Sequence record: CP132319.1
Direction: 5' to 3' (one strand)
Source of the DNA: a plasmid
Length of the DNA: 64,000 nt
The translations under genes were made by a program, and so were the position numbers. This document shows, piece by piece, positions 1-9,341 of the stretch. Numbering within the stretch: position 1 is the first letter of the stretch; each line of letters begins with the position of its first letter. A model generated the notes under the pieces. It saw nothing but the letters and a program-made list of their open reading frames with translations. It had not been told where the DNA came from and made no database searches.

Positions 1-585
1 TCCATCGTCGTTCCGCTCACGCTCGCTCTAATTTTCCTTCTTCTCTACCTCAACTTCAGAGCGCTGACCGAAACGCTGATTGTCATGCTCTCGCTACCGT
101 TCGCGCTCGTCGGGGGTATCTGGCTGATGTGGTGGCTCGGCTTCAATGCTTCCGTTGCGGTCGCCGTTGGGTTCATCGCTCTGGCTGGCGTTGCTGCAGA
201 AACCGGGGTGATCATGCTGATCTACCTCGACCATGCTCTTCGTGAGAAACAGGAGGCCTGTCAGGTGCAGCGGCGTGCCTTGACCAAAGCGGATTTGCGG
301 GACGCCATCATGGTCGGTGCGGTTGAGCGAGTGCGACCCAAGATGATGACCGTCGTCGCCATCATGGCTGGTCTGATCCCGATCCTTTGGAGCACCGGGG
401 CTGGCTCAGAAATCATGCAACGCATCGCCGTTCCGATGATCGGCGGGATGGTGTCGTCGACCATCCTGACGCTGGTGGTCATTCCTGCCGTCTATGCGCT
501 CGTGAAGGGATGGCAACTGCCTGCCTCGCCCGTCGAGCAAATCGAACAATCCAATCAAAATCTAGCCGAAGGAGTTCTCACATGA
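1..585 (+). CDS. cusA: CusA/CzcA-family heavy-metal RND efflux pump, C-terminal ~195 aa; the 5' end lies outside the window
   Basis: The frame is open from base 1. The translation ends with typical CusA C-terminal TM helices (LSLPFALVGGIWLMW...VIPAVYALV) and is about 85% identical to the cusA fragment at 15856-17880. Confidence 0.85.
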   Translation, partial: SIVVPLTLALIFLLLYLNFRALTETLIVMLSLPFALVGGIWLMWWLGFNASVAVAVGFIALAGVAAETGVIMLIYLDHALREKQEACQVQRRALTKADLRDAIMVGAVERVRPKMMTVVAIMAGLIPILWSTGAGSEIMQRIAVPMIGGMVSSTILTLVVIPAVYALVKGWQLPASPVEQIEQSNQNLAEGVLT

Positions 586-1043
586 ACAGGAGACAATTCG
601 TCTGCACGGCAATGGCATCTGTAGTCGTTGCCAGCGCTCGCCCAGTAGGGGCGTCACAAACACGAATGACGGTATACAAGGACCCGAGCTGTGGCTGCTG
701 TGGTGCCTGGGCGACCGCGATGGGCAATGCCGGTTTCCAAGTCGATCTGCGTGAGGTTGATGATCTCGACTCGATTAAAAGGAAGTACCGCGTACCCCAG
801 ACTGCAGAGGGTTGCCACACAGCTGTCCTCGGGCCGTATTTTATCGAAGGACATGTACCCCTCGATGCCGTTAAAAGGCTGCGGAACGAGGTTCCCGACA
901 TCCTTGGCATTGCAGTTCCAGCTATGCCGCTCGGCTCCCTTGGGATGGGTGATGATCCCTCAGTTGCCTCCTACGACGTTTTGAGCGTGAGCCGGAGTGG
1001 AGAAACCGCTGTCTACATGAGCGTTCGGCCGAAGAAAGTTTGA
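583..1043 (+). CDS. DUF411 (CopG-like) periplasmic metal-binding protein
   Basis: Signal-like N-terminus, then YKDPSCGCCGAW...GCH...FIEGHVP motifs typical of DUF411. Its ATG overlaps the cusA stop (ATGA). Confidence 0.7.
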
Positions 1044-1133
1044 CCTCGTTCATGGTCTCCAAAAGATGCTCGTCCCTTGCCGTGGGCGCTCGGCCCACGG
1101 TACTTCCGGCATAGCTTTTTGTGGGGACTGGGC

Positions 1134-1840
1134 ATGGACAACACCGTTATCGTCGCAATCGCAATCGGTGTCGTCTCCGTCATTTACTCGGCAGCCGGTC
1201 AGGCCGGTGGAACTGCGTTCCTGGCGGTCATGGGACTGGCCGCATTTCCTTCTCTGGAAATGCGGCCGACAGCGCTCTTTCTAAATATTGTCGCGGCAGG
1301 ATACGCCACCTGGCGACTGAATCGGCACGATCTAATCGACTGGCGCTTTCTGGCCAATCTCGCGGTTTCTTCCGTTGTGTTCTCGTTCATCGGTGGACTG
1401 ATCGCGTTTGGGCAGGAGGCCTATTCAATGATTACGGGCTTGCTTCTTGTTGTGGCGGCAGTTCTCATGATCCGCCAACGCGTCGAGACCAGGGACGAAC
1501 AGCGGCATCGATCCCAATGGGCAACTATCGGAGTGGGTGCGGTGACGGGCATTCTATCGGGGGTCTCAGGGATTGGGGGTGGTGTATTCCTCGTACCTCT
1601 TCTCATCACGTTGGGATGGTGCACGCCCAGGAAAGCCGCGATCTTGTCTCCACCATTTATTCTGATCAACTCGGCTTCTGGTCTGGCAGGCGCACTGTCG
1701 ACCGGACAAGTGCTCGGAGCGAATGCCTTTTTTTCGCAGTCGCCGCGCTTGCCGGAGCGGCCATTGGGACTACGGTCGGTCTAAAATTCATGTCTGATGG
1801 CATGACGCGTTACCTACTCGCGGCCATACTGATGGCTTCA
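1134..1840 (+). pseudogene. TSUP (TauE/SafE) family membrane protein, frame-shifted in a T7 homopolymer
   Basis: The MDNTVIVAIAIG... start and the GxGGG TSUP motif (VSGIGGGVF) are in one frame. The conserved C-terminal helix (FFAVAALAGAAIGTTVGLKF) continues in the +1 frame after the T-run at 1738-1744. Confidence 0.55.
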
Positions 1841-2016
1841 TCCCCCATGCCCTCGTTGACGAGATGGCGGAGCGTTTCAACGTCCTGGTCGGTGAGCAGC
1901 TCGGCGAGCGCATCGCGCCGGTCGATCGGCAGGACGGCGGCGATCGTGTCGAGTTCCCCGGCGCGCCGTTCTATCGCCGAAGGTGTCGCCGGCTCACGAG
2001 ACCTCGGCGCGGTCAT
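1810..2016 (-). CDS. hypothetical small protein (68 aa), second gene of a two-gene operon
   Basis: ATGA overlap with the upstream gene at 2013-2016. No motif recognised. Confidence 0.4.
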   Translation of the reverse strand: MTAPRSREPATPSAIERRAGELDTIAAVLPIDRRDALAELLTDQDVETLRHLVNEGMGDEAISMAASR

Positions 2017-2300
2017 GCCGGTTCCGCCTGTGGCCGCCAGCGCGCAATGATCGCTTCGATCTCGCGGCGGTAATCATAGGGATAAACGACATCCTCTTCG
2101 CGGGCGAGGAACGTAAGAATCGTCGCCATGTCCTCGCCGAGGTGCGGATCGACATTGGCGAGATCGGTGAGATCGAAGCCGCCATGGACCTCGGCATTCC
2201 ACCAGGCCAGCAGACAGGTGGCGACCCGCCGGCCCTGGCCGCTATCCTCATGCGCAACGTTGAGCAGCTTTTCGAGGGCGAACCTAACGCGGTCGTCCAT
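2013..2300 (-). CDS. hypothetical protein (95 aa), first gene of a two-gene operon
   Basis: ORF with plausible codon usage, translationally coupled to 1810-2016. No motif recognised. Confidence 0.45.
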   Translation of the reverse strand: MDDRVRFALEKLLNVAHEDSGQGRRVATCLLAWWNAEVHGGFDLTDLANVDPHLGEDMATILTFLAREEDVVYPYDYRREIEAIIARWRPQAEPA

Positions 2301-2311
2301 GTTTGCCTCCC

Positions 2312-2713
2312 CTATTGCGACGACGACGGATGCAGTTTCACGTCCGTCCGTCCAAAATCCTGGCCTTTGAACAGCAGCGGGGCCTTGGCAATCGCGGCCA
2401 CCGCATAGGAAAAACAGTCACCCATATTGAGACCGGCCGGATGGCGGCCCCGGCCAAAACGTTCGAACGCATCTTCGGCTGCGCGATAATGCTTCCCGTC
2501 GAAAGCGACGGTCGTGACATTCGGCGTTTCGGAAAGCCGCTCGATCATCCTTGCTGCACTGGCAAATCCCTTGCCGGTCAGGACCATCCGTGTTTCCAGC
2601 AGGGTCGGCCAGCCGATGATGACGTGCTCACGACCGATCAGCGGCCGGAAGACTTCGGCCTCCGGCTCATCGGCGGCGATTGCGATGATGACCGACGTAT
2701 CGACGGCGATCAT
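2312..2713 (-). CDS. vapC: PIN-domain toxin VapC (type II TA)
   Basis: N-terminal MIAVDTSVII acidic PIN signature, 133 aa, and a 4-bp overlap with the upstream antitoxin gene. Confidence 0.8.
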   Translation of the reverse strand: MIAVDTSVIIAIAADEPEAEVFRPLIGREHVIIGWPTLLETRMVLTGKGFASAARMIERLSETPNVTTVAFDGKHYRAAEDAFERFGRGRHPAGLNMGDCFSYAVAAIAKAPLLFKGQDFGRTDVKLHPSSSQ

Positions 2714-2967
2714 ATGGGCAGGCCGTTCTCGTCGTAGAATTCGTCGTGGTTGGACGTGGTGCCGGGTGCGATATGGCGTCGATCTTCGGCCGCCAGATCC
2801 CAGACGGCGTCCATCGGATAGCGGATCTTGCCGTCACGCAGCGCCTGATCGTACCGTTCCAGCGCCAGCTCGACGAGCCGGTTGATCGGTTGGCCAGTGC
2901 GACGGGACAGGGAATGGGCCAGATCGCGGGCCTTGCTGCTGCGAATGGAAAGCTGCGGTTCGGACAT
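2710..2967 (-). CDS. vapB: VapB-family antitoxin
   Basis: Small protein (start taken at MSEPQLSIRS) immediately upstream of vapC and overlapping it (ATGA). Confidence 0.6.
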   Translation of the reverse strand: MSEPQLSIRSSKARDLAHSLSRRTGQPINRLVELALERYDQALRDGKIRYPMDAVWDLAAEDRRHIAPGTTSNHDEFYDENGLPI

Positions 2968-3305
2968 GGCGTGCCTCATCGGGATCGAGGTCACAATATA
3001 GGGAAAAGCGCCCAGGATGGCAAGAATTTGGGGTCAGATGGCTAGTTTCCGATAAGGGTTACTTATCGGGGGTTAGACAACGGGGCACTTTTATGGCAGG
3101 TGTAGAACCCTAGTTGCCGTATAGCTTTCGCGTAGCAAATCGTTTACGATAAAAACAATGGCTTACGATCTCGCGAAATTGCCCATCTCCACCCTGCTGA
3201 AACCCGTTGCCGACGCCAGCTGTGGCTTTTAGCTCCCGATTTCAATTGAAGCGCCAAGCTAAAAAAGCGAGGGCCTGATTTTACCTAAGCTGTTCACGAA
3301 GGCCG

Positions 3306-3809
3306 TCAATTTGTAGGGAGCGATGAGGCACTTGGAGGGAGGTCGGCAGCATTGTCAGCAAGCGGATGCGCTTCGAGATCTGCGATCAGCGACTTCATTT
3401 CACCGATCTCCCGGACCTGAGCTTCGATGATCCCGTCAGCCAGCTTGCGCACCCGCGGATCTCTGATGTGCGCGCGTTCGCTGGTCATGATGGCGATGGA
3501 ATGATGGGGGATCATCGCCTTCATGTAGCTGACATCGTAGACGGTCTCCTGGCTGCGCACGAGCCAAAGGGACCCGGCAAAGACCAAAACGCTGACCGCG
3601 ACAATGACGGCATTGGCAGTCTTGTTCTTATACATTGACCACATGAAGCCGATCATGATGATCGCCATGACCGCGCCCATCAGTAGCGCCATCCACGTCC
3701 TGGTCTGGCTGTAGGTAACGTGATCGAGGGCATACGTATTCAGGTACATTAGACCAAACATGATCACCGTCGAGGTGACGATCATCGTGGCAAAGCGTCC
3801 ATAGGACAT
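3306..3809 (-). CDS. DUF305 family protein (metal-stress associated)
   Basis: N-terminal TM segments and a MIPHHSIAIMTSE-type HH motif. Last gene of the rcnR-like operon. Confidence 0.7.
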   Translation of the reverse strand: MSYGRFATMIVTSTVIMFGLMYLNTYALDHVTYSQTRTWMALLMGAVMAIIMIGFMWSMYKNKTANAVIVAVSVLVFAGSLWLVRSQETVYDVSYMKAMIPHHSIAIMTSERAHIRDPRVRKLADGIIEAQVREIGEMKSLIADLEAHPLADNAADLPPSASSLPTN

Positions 3810-3824
3810 GGGAATCTCCTTCCT

Positions 3825-4565
3825 CTACTTGATAAGCATCCAGACCGCCATCGCGACCATCATCAGGTTTTCAGTTAATGAGATGAAGCCTAAGGGGACA
3901 TTGCTGTCGCCGCCGACGCAGGCGCATTTCAGTTCACGGCGCTCAATGTAGACGGCCTTCAACACCGAAACGGCACCGATAGTCCCGATCACCAACGCGA
4001 CCGGGATAGCCAGCCACAACAGAAAGCCGGCGATCATCAGGATCCCGGCAAGCGCTTCCCCGAATGGATAGAGGTAGGCATAGCGGACCCAGCGCTGGGC
4101 CAGCAGGTCGTAGCCGAGGAACATGTTGGAGAAGCTCTCGACGTCCCGAAGCTTCAGGATCGCAAGTATACACATGGAAATCGCGATAAACCATTCTAAG
4201 GCACGAGCGGTTAGAACGTCGCTAAACGCCGCCCAACTGGCTGCGAGGGCCATCAGCGCGGCCATGGCAAACACCGCGATCACCGGCTGATAGGTGACAG
4301 CCTTTGGATCGCGAACGGTTTTGCCGAAATGACGAAGCAGATCGTCGTAGCCGCCGACCCGCTGCCCATCGATGAATGTCTGGGGTGTTGTCTCAACCTC
4401 GTGCTCGGCCTTGAAGGAATCGGTCTCTTCGCGGGTTTTCAGCCAGTTGTCGTCAACAGAGAAACCCTCGCGTTTCAGCAGATCGAGGGACTTCAAGCCA
4501 AACGGACAGATGTGGTCGGGCATGACCATCCGATAGATCGTCGCTCTGCGCGAATGAGCATTCAT
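3825..4565 (-). CDS. glutaredoxin-domain protein fused to a MauE/DoxX-like membrane domain
   Basis: N-terminal CPFG glutaredoxin active site (MPDHICPFGLKSLDLLKREG), C-terminal 4-5 TM helices with a KCACVGG motif. Start taken at MNAHS, which has a GAGGTGA RBS. Confidence 0.65.
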   Translation of the reverse strand: MNAHSRRATIYRMVMPDHICPFGLKSLDLLKREGFSVDDNWLKTREETDSFKAEHEVETTPQTFIDGQRVGGYDDLLRHFGKTVRDPKAVTYQPVIAVFAMAALMALAASWAAFSDVLTARALEWFIAISMCILAILKLRDVESFSNMFLGYDLLAQRWVRYAYLYPFGEALAGILMIAGFLLWLAIPVALVIGTIGAVSVLKAVYIERRELKCACVGGDSNVPLGFISLTENLMMVAMAVWMLIK

Positions 4566-4584
4566 CCGATCACCTCTAATATCT

Positions 4585-4860
4585 CTAGCGCCTTGCGCGA
4601 TCGAACAGCTCGACGAGTTCGTCCAATTTCTGCTGTTGCTCACTCGCATCGCCGGACTTGATTGCATCCGCGACGCAGTGAGCCGCGTGATCACGAAGAA
4701 TCTCGCTCTCAGCTCGGCCGAGGGCTGCTTTCACTGCCTGGATCTGATGCAGGATGTCGATGCAATAGCGATCGTCAGACACCATTCGCGCCAAACCCTG
4801 GACCTGACCGGCAATCCGGTTTAACCGAACGATCTTGGCCCGCTTTCTGTCGCCGCACAT
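4585..4860 (-). CDS. RcnR/CsoR/FrmR-family metal-sensing transcriptional repressor
   Basis: 91 aa with an LNRIAGQVQGLARMVSDDRYCIDILHQIQAVKAAL signature (DUF156) and a conserved Cys/His. Confidence 0.8.
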   Translation of the reverse strand: MCGDRKRAKIVRLNRIAGQVQGLARMVSDDRYCIDILHQIQAVKAALGRAESEILRDHAAHCVADAIKSGDASEQQQKLDELVELFDRARR

Positions 4861-4870
4861 CGTTACCTCT

Positions 4871-4889
4871 CATACCCTAGGGGAGTATG
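4871..4889 (-). promoter_or_regulatory. putative RcnR/CsoR-type operator (AT-flanked G/C tract)
   Basis: CATACCCTAGGGGAGTATG lies 10 bp upstream of the repressor start. It resembles the TACT-G6-N-AGTA type-1 site architecture. Confidence 0.45.
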
Positions 4890-4992
4890 TTCAACGATCG
4901 CGGTCCGCCATTGTTCCCTTACGACAGCGAAGACTTCGCCCGTACCGGCCCAAAGCGACGCCTAGGTTATGCAGTAAGGGCGAAAAGAGCGT

Positions 4993-6126
4993 TCAAAGCC
5001 CGGAGGCTTTGGTGAGGTTCACGCGGAAGCGATCACGCCGTCGCTGATAGCGTCGCGTCATCTCGGCCGAAGCATGGCCAAGCTGTTTCTGGACATAACG
5101 TTCGTCGACCTCGGCTGAAGAGGCGAGACCGGCGCGGAGGGAGTGACCGGAGAACTTGAAGGCGCGCTCGATCTCGCTGAGATTGCCGCGAACGCCGGCC
5201 GCCAGTGCGGTGCGCTTTACCAGCCGGGCGACCTCCTTGTCGTTCAGCCGCTCCGATCCGACAGCTTTCCCTTGCCCTGTCACGCGGCGAAAAAGGGGAC
5301 CGTGGGCCAGCCTGGCGAACTTGATCCACATCTCGATCGCGGCGACCGGGCAGGTCGCGTCAGACGAGCCGCGACCCACCTCAACCTCCCGCCATCCGGT
5401 TTTTCCGCGCAGGGTAACGAGCATCCCCTTGTCGAGGATTTCGATCCAGCCGCGCCCGTCTTCGGTCTGGTCTGCCTTCAGATCAAGGCCAACGATCTCG
5501 GAGCGGCGAAGACCACCGGCAAAGCCGACCAGCAACATGGCGCGGTCGCGCAGGCCGCGCAGCGAACCGCGGTCGAGCGTCTCGACCATGGCGATGATGT
5601 CTTCAGCCATGACCGCTTCCTTCTGCACCGGTGGCTTGGCATGGCTGTTGCGAATGCCAGCCATCACGGTGGCGATATGCCGGTCCTTGCGATCGAGCGA
5701 GAGGCCGCGCTGGGCATAGTTCCAGGAAAGCGAGGAGAGGCGTCGTTCGATGGTCGAGACGGAGTTCGCTTTCGCGCCCCGTTCAGCCGTGCCGGAAGCG
5801 CAGGCCGTAATATAAAGCCCTACAGTTTGCGGATGTGGGGGGAGGGGAGTGAGATTCGAGCGCCGGCACCAGGCTGAAAAATGCTTCCAATCGGCGGCAT
5901 AGGCTTTGCGCGTGTTGGCGGAACTGGCGGCTTCAACATAACCCCGGGCGCGATCAGCAAGGCTTGCAAGATGGGCGGGCGTCTGGTCCTGAATGGCGAG
6001 AGAGGGGAGGGGGCTATCGCCCGACACCCCCGGCGTGGAAACATCACGCTTCGGCGCCGTGCTGAGAGACGGCGCAGAGATCTCCTCGAAGTGATTTTCG
6101 GTTTTTTGCTCGATCATTTGGGCCAT
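4993..6126 (-). CDS. tyrosine site-specific recombinase / integrase
   Basis: 377 aa with the C-terminal catalytic region (HSLRAGLASS...LGHASAEMTRRY) typical of the phage integrase family. Confidence 0.9.
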   Translation of the reverse strand: MAQMIEQKTENHFEEISAPSLSTAPKRDVSTPGVSGDSPLPSLAIQDQTPAHLASLADRARGYVEAASSANTRKAYAADWKHFSAWCRRSNLTPLPPHPQTVGLYITACASGTAERGAKANSVSTIERRLSSLSWNYAQRGLSLDRKDRHIATVMAGIRNSHAKPPVQKEAVMAEDIIAMVETLDRGSLRGLRDRAMLLVGFAGGLRRSEIVGLDLKADQTEDGRGWIEILDKGMLVTLRGKTGWREVEVGRGSSDATCPVAAIEMWIKFARLAHGPLFRRVTGQGKAVGSERLNDKEVARLVKRTALAAGVRGNLSEIERAFKFSGHSLRAGLASSAEVDERYVQKQLGHASAEMTRRYQRRRDRFRVNLTKASGL

Positions 6127-6233
6127 TTCTCTATTATGAGAAAAACATCCGATAATGCAAGATTATCGTTCGTTTTTATCTGTCGACGGGCGCGGCGGTT
6201 TATGCGCCAGATACTGGCTCAAAGCGCCGTCTT

Positions 6234-7202
6234 GTGGTACTGCTCAGCATGGTCTCACGCGCACGAATCATCCCCGATCCCCCGCCCATCTTCCCACTCC
6301 CGCCAGATTGGGCGCGGGCCGCCGGCGAGCGGCAAGGCGCTGGCGATGCGGAGCTTTTCGCCGGCGCGGCGCTCGCGGCTATCCACCCGATCGCCCGCAG
6401 CGAGCATCCGCTGGGACAGCTCTGGCGGCAGCGCCTGGCGCTGTCGGCCGCAGAGGCCGTCGTCCGCTGGCAGGGGCGCACGGAAGACGCCGCGACGCTG
6501 CGCGATCATCTCTATCTGACCCGCCCCGGGGACGATCCGGGGCCGGCTGGCCGGCTGCTGCAGGCCTGGAGGGCGCTGGGCAGAAAATCCTCGCTAGGGC
6601 CGGCATCGCTGAATGGCGAATGGCCGGTGATCTTCGCCGAGTTTTTGTCGGTCATGATCGACGAGCCGGCGCAGGAGGCGATCAACGCCGCACTGACGGC
6701 GAGCGTCGGAACCAGGAACCCGATCGAGGCGGCGAGCACGACGGCCGCGGCCAGCCTACACCTGCGGCCTGATAGCCGGCCGTTGGCACTCTGGCTCGCG
6801 GACGCGGTGCTTGCCCGGCGTCTGAACTGGCCGGTCCCGGTGCCACTCTTCGCGGCGCATCTGAAGGGGGACGACCTGCGCCTCGCCGCCGGTCCGCGTG
6901 CCGATCCGCAGCGGTGGCGGACCGCATGTGCCTTCGCGTATGGGCGAGGAGCAACAGCGGCGTTCGATCTTTACGCCGATCTGGCGCGGCGAACGGCACA
7001 GCTGCTGGCCGTGGCGCCCCAATTGCGCGGCAAGGACGCTGACGTCGTGGTGGCCACGCTGATCAGCGAAGATGCTCAGGCCGCGCGGCCGGTCTGGACG
7101 GCCAGCGACCGCTCCAGCCGTCGGCTGTTCGAGCGGTTGGTGGCGCTCGGCGGTGCGCGCGAGCTGACCGGACGGCCGACGTTCCGGCTTTACGGATTGT
7201 AG
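6234..7202 (+). CDS. DUF1403 family protein
   Basis: About 320 aa Ala/Arg-rich protein immediately upstream of an ScpB-like gene (4-bp spacing), the arrangement seen for DUF1403 in alphaproteobacteria. Confidence 0.55.
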   Translation: MVLLSMVSRARIIPDPPPIFPLPPDWARAAGERQGAGDAELFAGAALAAIHPIARSEHPLGQLWRQRLALSAAEAVVRWQGRTEDAATLRDHLYLTRPGDDPGPAGRLLQAWRALGRKSSLGPASLNGEWPVIFAEFLSVMIDEPAQEAINAALTASVGTRNPIEAASTTAAASLHLRPDSRPLALWLADAVLARRLNWPVPVPLFAAHLKGDDLRLAAGPRADPQRWRTACAFAYGRGATAAFDLYADLARRTAQLLAVAPQLRGKDADVVVATLISEDAQAARPVWTASDRSSRRLFERLVALGGARELTGRPTFRLYGL

Positions 7203-7205
7203 CCG

Positions 7206-8033
7206 ATGGGACGGCGGCCACAATCGACCGAGGGGCTGGACACTGAACTGGCGGATCTGCCGCCGGAGTTGCGCTGGCGCGAATGGATGGGCCGGGTCGA
7301 GGCGGTGATTTTCGCGTCGTCCGAGCCGGTGAACCGCGAGACGCTGACGCAGTTGGTCGGGCGCGACTGCAGCATCGACCTGCTGATCGACGACATCCGC
7401 GACGAGCTGCGTGACCGGCCTTATGAGCTCGTCTCCGTGGCCGGCGGCTGGCAGCATCGGACCCGCATCCGGTTTGCTGATGCGATCCGCCGTGTCACCG
7501 GTGTCGAGCAGGAAGGACGCTCATTGTCGCAAACCGATCTGCTGGTGTTAGCAATAGTCGCCTATCACCAGCCGATCACCCGACACGAGATTTCCAAGAT
7601 CATCGGAAAGGAAGTCAGCCGTGATAGAGTTGCTCACATTCGCTCTTTGGGTTTTCTTTCCTCGGGTCCGCGCAGTCCGCAGCCGGGCGCTCCTTACACG
7701 CTGGTCACGACACGGACCTTCCTGTCACGCTTCGGGTTAGGGACTTTGCGCGACCTGCCGAACCTCGAATTGCTCGAAGATGCCGGCCTGCTGAGCAGGG
7801 ACAGGAGGTTCGATGGCGACATGCCGATCGCATCGGACGAACAGGACGAACAAGCCGACTTCGAGGACGACAAGCAGCGAGGACTACCAGGCTTCGGATC
7901 GCTGACCATTCACAGGCTTTGCCCGGATCCGGGAAAGGGGATTCAGGTTGAGAATCTAGATCTACGGGTATTGACCCTGCAGTGGCTACAGGCCGTAGCA
8001 CCCTTTCTTCATGCGAATCAGGGCTCGGACTAA
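7206..8033 (+). CDS. scpB: ScpB-like segregation and condensation protein B homologue
   Basis: The winged-helix motifs EAVIFASSEPV, SQTDLLVLAIVAYHQPITRHEISKI and PYTLVTTRTFLSRFGL. Confidence 0.75.
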   Translation: MGRRPQSTEGLDTELADLPPELRWREWMGRVEAVIFASSEPVNRETLTQLVGRDCSIDLLIDDIRDELRDRPYELVSVAGGWQHRTRIRFADAIRRVTGVEQEGRSLSQTDLLVLAIVAYHQPITRHEISKIIGKEVSRDRVAHIRSLGFLSSGPRSPQPGAPYTLVTTRTFLSRFGLGTLRDLPNLELLEDAGLLSRDRRFDGDMPIASDEQDEQADFEDDKQRGLPGFGSLTIHRLCPDPGKGIQVENLDLRVLTLQWLQAVAPFLHANQGSD

Positions 8034-8034
8034 A

Positions 8035-9096
8035 ATGATCGAGGCAATACTCCACCGGCTCGGGCCGCTCGTCTTGTTTGTGCTGCTTGTCGCCGGACTT
8101 AACGGCTGTACCACCATGAGCCTCGACGATATCGGCGATCCGTCGCCGAAAATTCCGGTCAAACTCGTCGGAGAGATGGCAAAGAAAGGGATGACGCCGG
8201 AGAGCCCAGTGCTGATACGGATCTTCAAACAAGAAAGCGAGCTCGAGATTTGGAAGCAGGATCGGACCGGTCGCTACGCACTTTTGAAGGTGTATCCGAT
8301 GTGCCGATGGTCAGGAAAACTCGGCCCGAAAACCCGGACCGGCGATCGGCAGGCGCCCGAAGGATTTTATCATGTCTCCACAGGCATGCTGAATCCCAAG
8401 TCGCAATTTTATCTATCGTTCAACCTTGGCTATCCGAACCGCCTCGAGGCGGCACTGAATTACACCGGCGAAGCTCTGATGGTCCACGGCGCTTGTTCTT
8501 CGTCGGGATGCTACGCGATGACCGACCAAGGTGTCGGCGAAATCTACGCCCTCGTGCACAGCGCACTCGCCGGTGGCCAAGACAAGTTTCAGGTGCAGGC
8601 ATATCCGTTTCGCATGACCGTGGAGAATATGGTGGCCAATCGCAGCGATCCGAACTTCGCGTTCTGGAAAAACCTGAAAGAAGGTTACGACGCCTTCGAA
8701 TTTTCCAAGCGGCAGCCAAAAGTCGCGGCGTGCAATCGTCGATATGTTTTCAACGCCGATTTCGACAGGGACCCTACCAACCCCCTTGCTGCCTGTCCCC
8801 CTCTTAAACAGGCTATAGATCCGACCCTTTCCGCCAAAGTTCAACAAGAGGATCAGAAACTGACCGCGCTGCTCGACAAGGATTCTCCTGCGACCGTGAC
8901 CGCCTATGCTGACGGTGGGATGCACTCCAGCTTCCGCGAACTGCTGAAGCAAAACGGCGCCGACAAGCTTGCCCAGAAAATCTCGACCATTAAGTACCCG
9001 ATCAGCCGTCCAGACGCGGCCTTGGCGGACCCTTACCAGGGCGAGCCTTGGAAACCGGCGCTTAGCCGTTCCGAAAAGGACAGAGACGCCGATTGA
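8035..9096 (+). CDS. L,D-transpeptidase family lipoprotein (YafK-like)
   Basis: Lipobox LVAGLNGC, then a catalytic-type motif MVHGACSSSGCYAMTD. Confidence 0.6.
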   Translation: MIEAILHRLGPLVLFVLLVAGLNGCTTMSLDDIGDPSPKIPVKLVGEMAKKGMTPESPVLIRIFKQESELEIWKQDRTGRYALLKVYPMCRWSGKLGPKTRTGDRQAPEGFYHVSTGMLNPKSQFYLSFNLGYPNRLEAALNYTGEALMVHGACSSSGCYAMTDQGVGEIYALVHSALAGGQDKFQVQAYPFRMTVENMVANRSDPNFAFWKNLKEGYDAFEFSKRQPKVAACNRRYVFNADFDRDPTNPLAACPPLKQAIDPTLSAKVQQEDQKLTALLDKDSPATVTAYADGGMHSSFRELLKQNGADKLAQKISTIKYPISRPDAALADPYQGEPWKPALSRSEKDRDAD

Positions 9097-9341
9097 TGGG
9101 GCAGTTCTTCACCTGAAGTTCAATTTGCGCGAGCATGGAACGCGCTCAACGAGGGAACGATTGTCTTTTATCTCGGCTACGCTGGCTCTTCACGTTTGTG
9201 GCGCGGTTTCGTCTAGGCGTATTTTCTTGCCCAGGTGATATCCATCAGGTCCTCGACCGGGACGGGGAAGTTCTTCAAGGCTGAATGTAAACGCTCCACA
9301 TCGCCAGCATGTTCTTTAGTCACGCTTCGGCAAATTGGCGA

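Noticed and set aside
5143-6047. ORFs 5143-5877, 5156-5719 and 5820-6047 overlapping the integrase gene
   Set aside because: They are antisense or alternate-frame ORFs inside a high-GC gene, with Arg/Pro/Ala-rich low-complexity translations typical of wrong frames.
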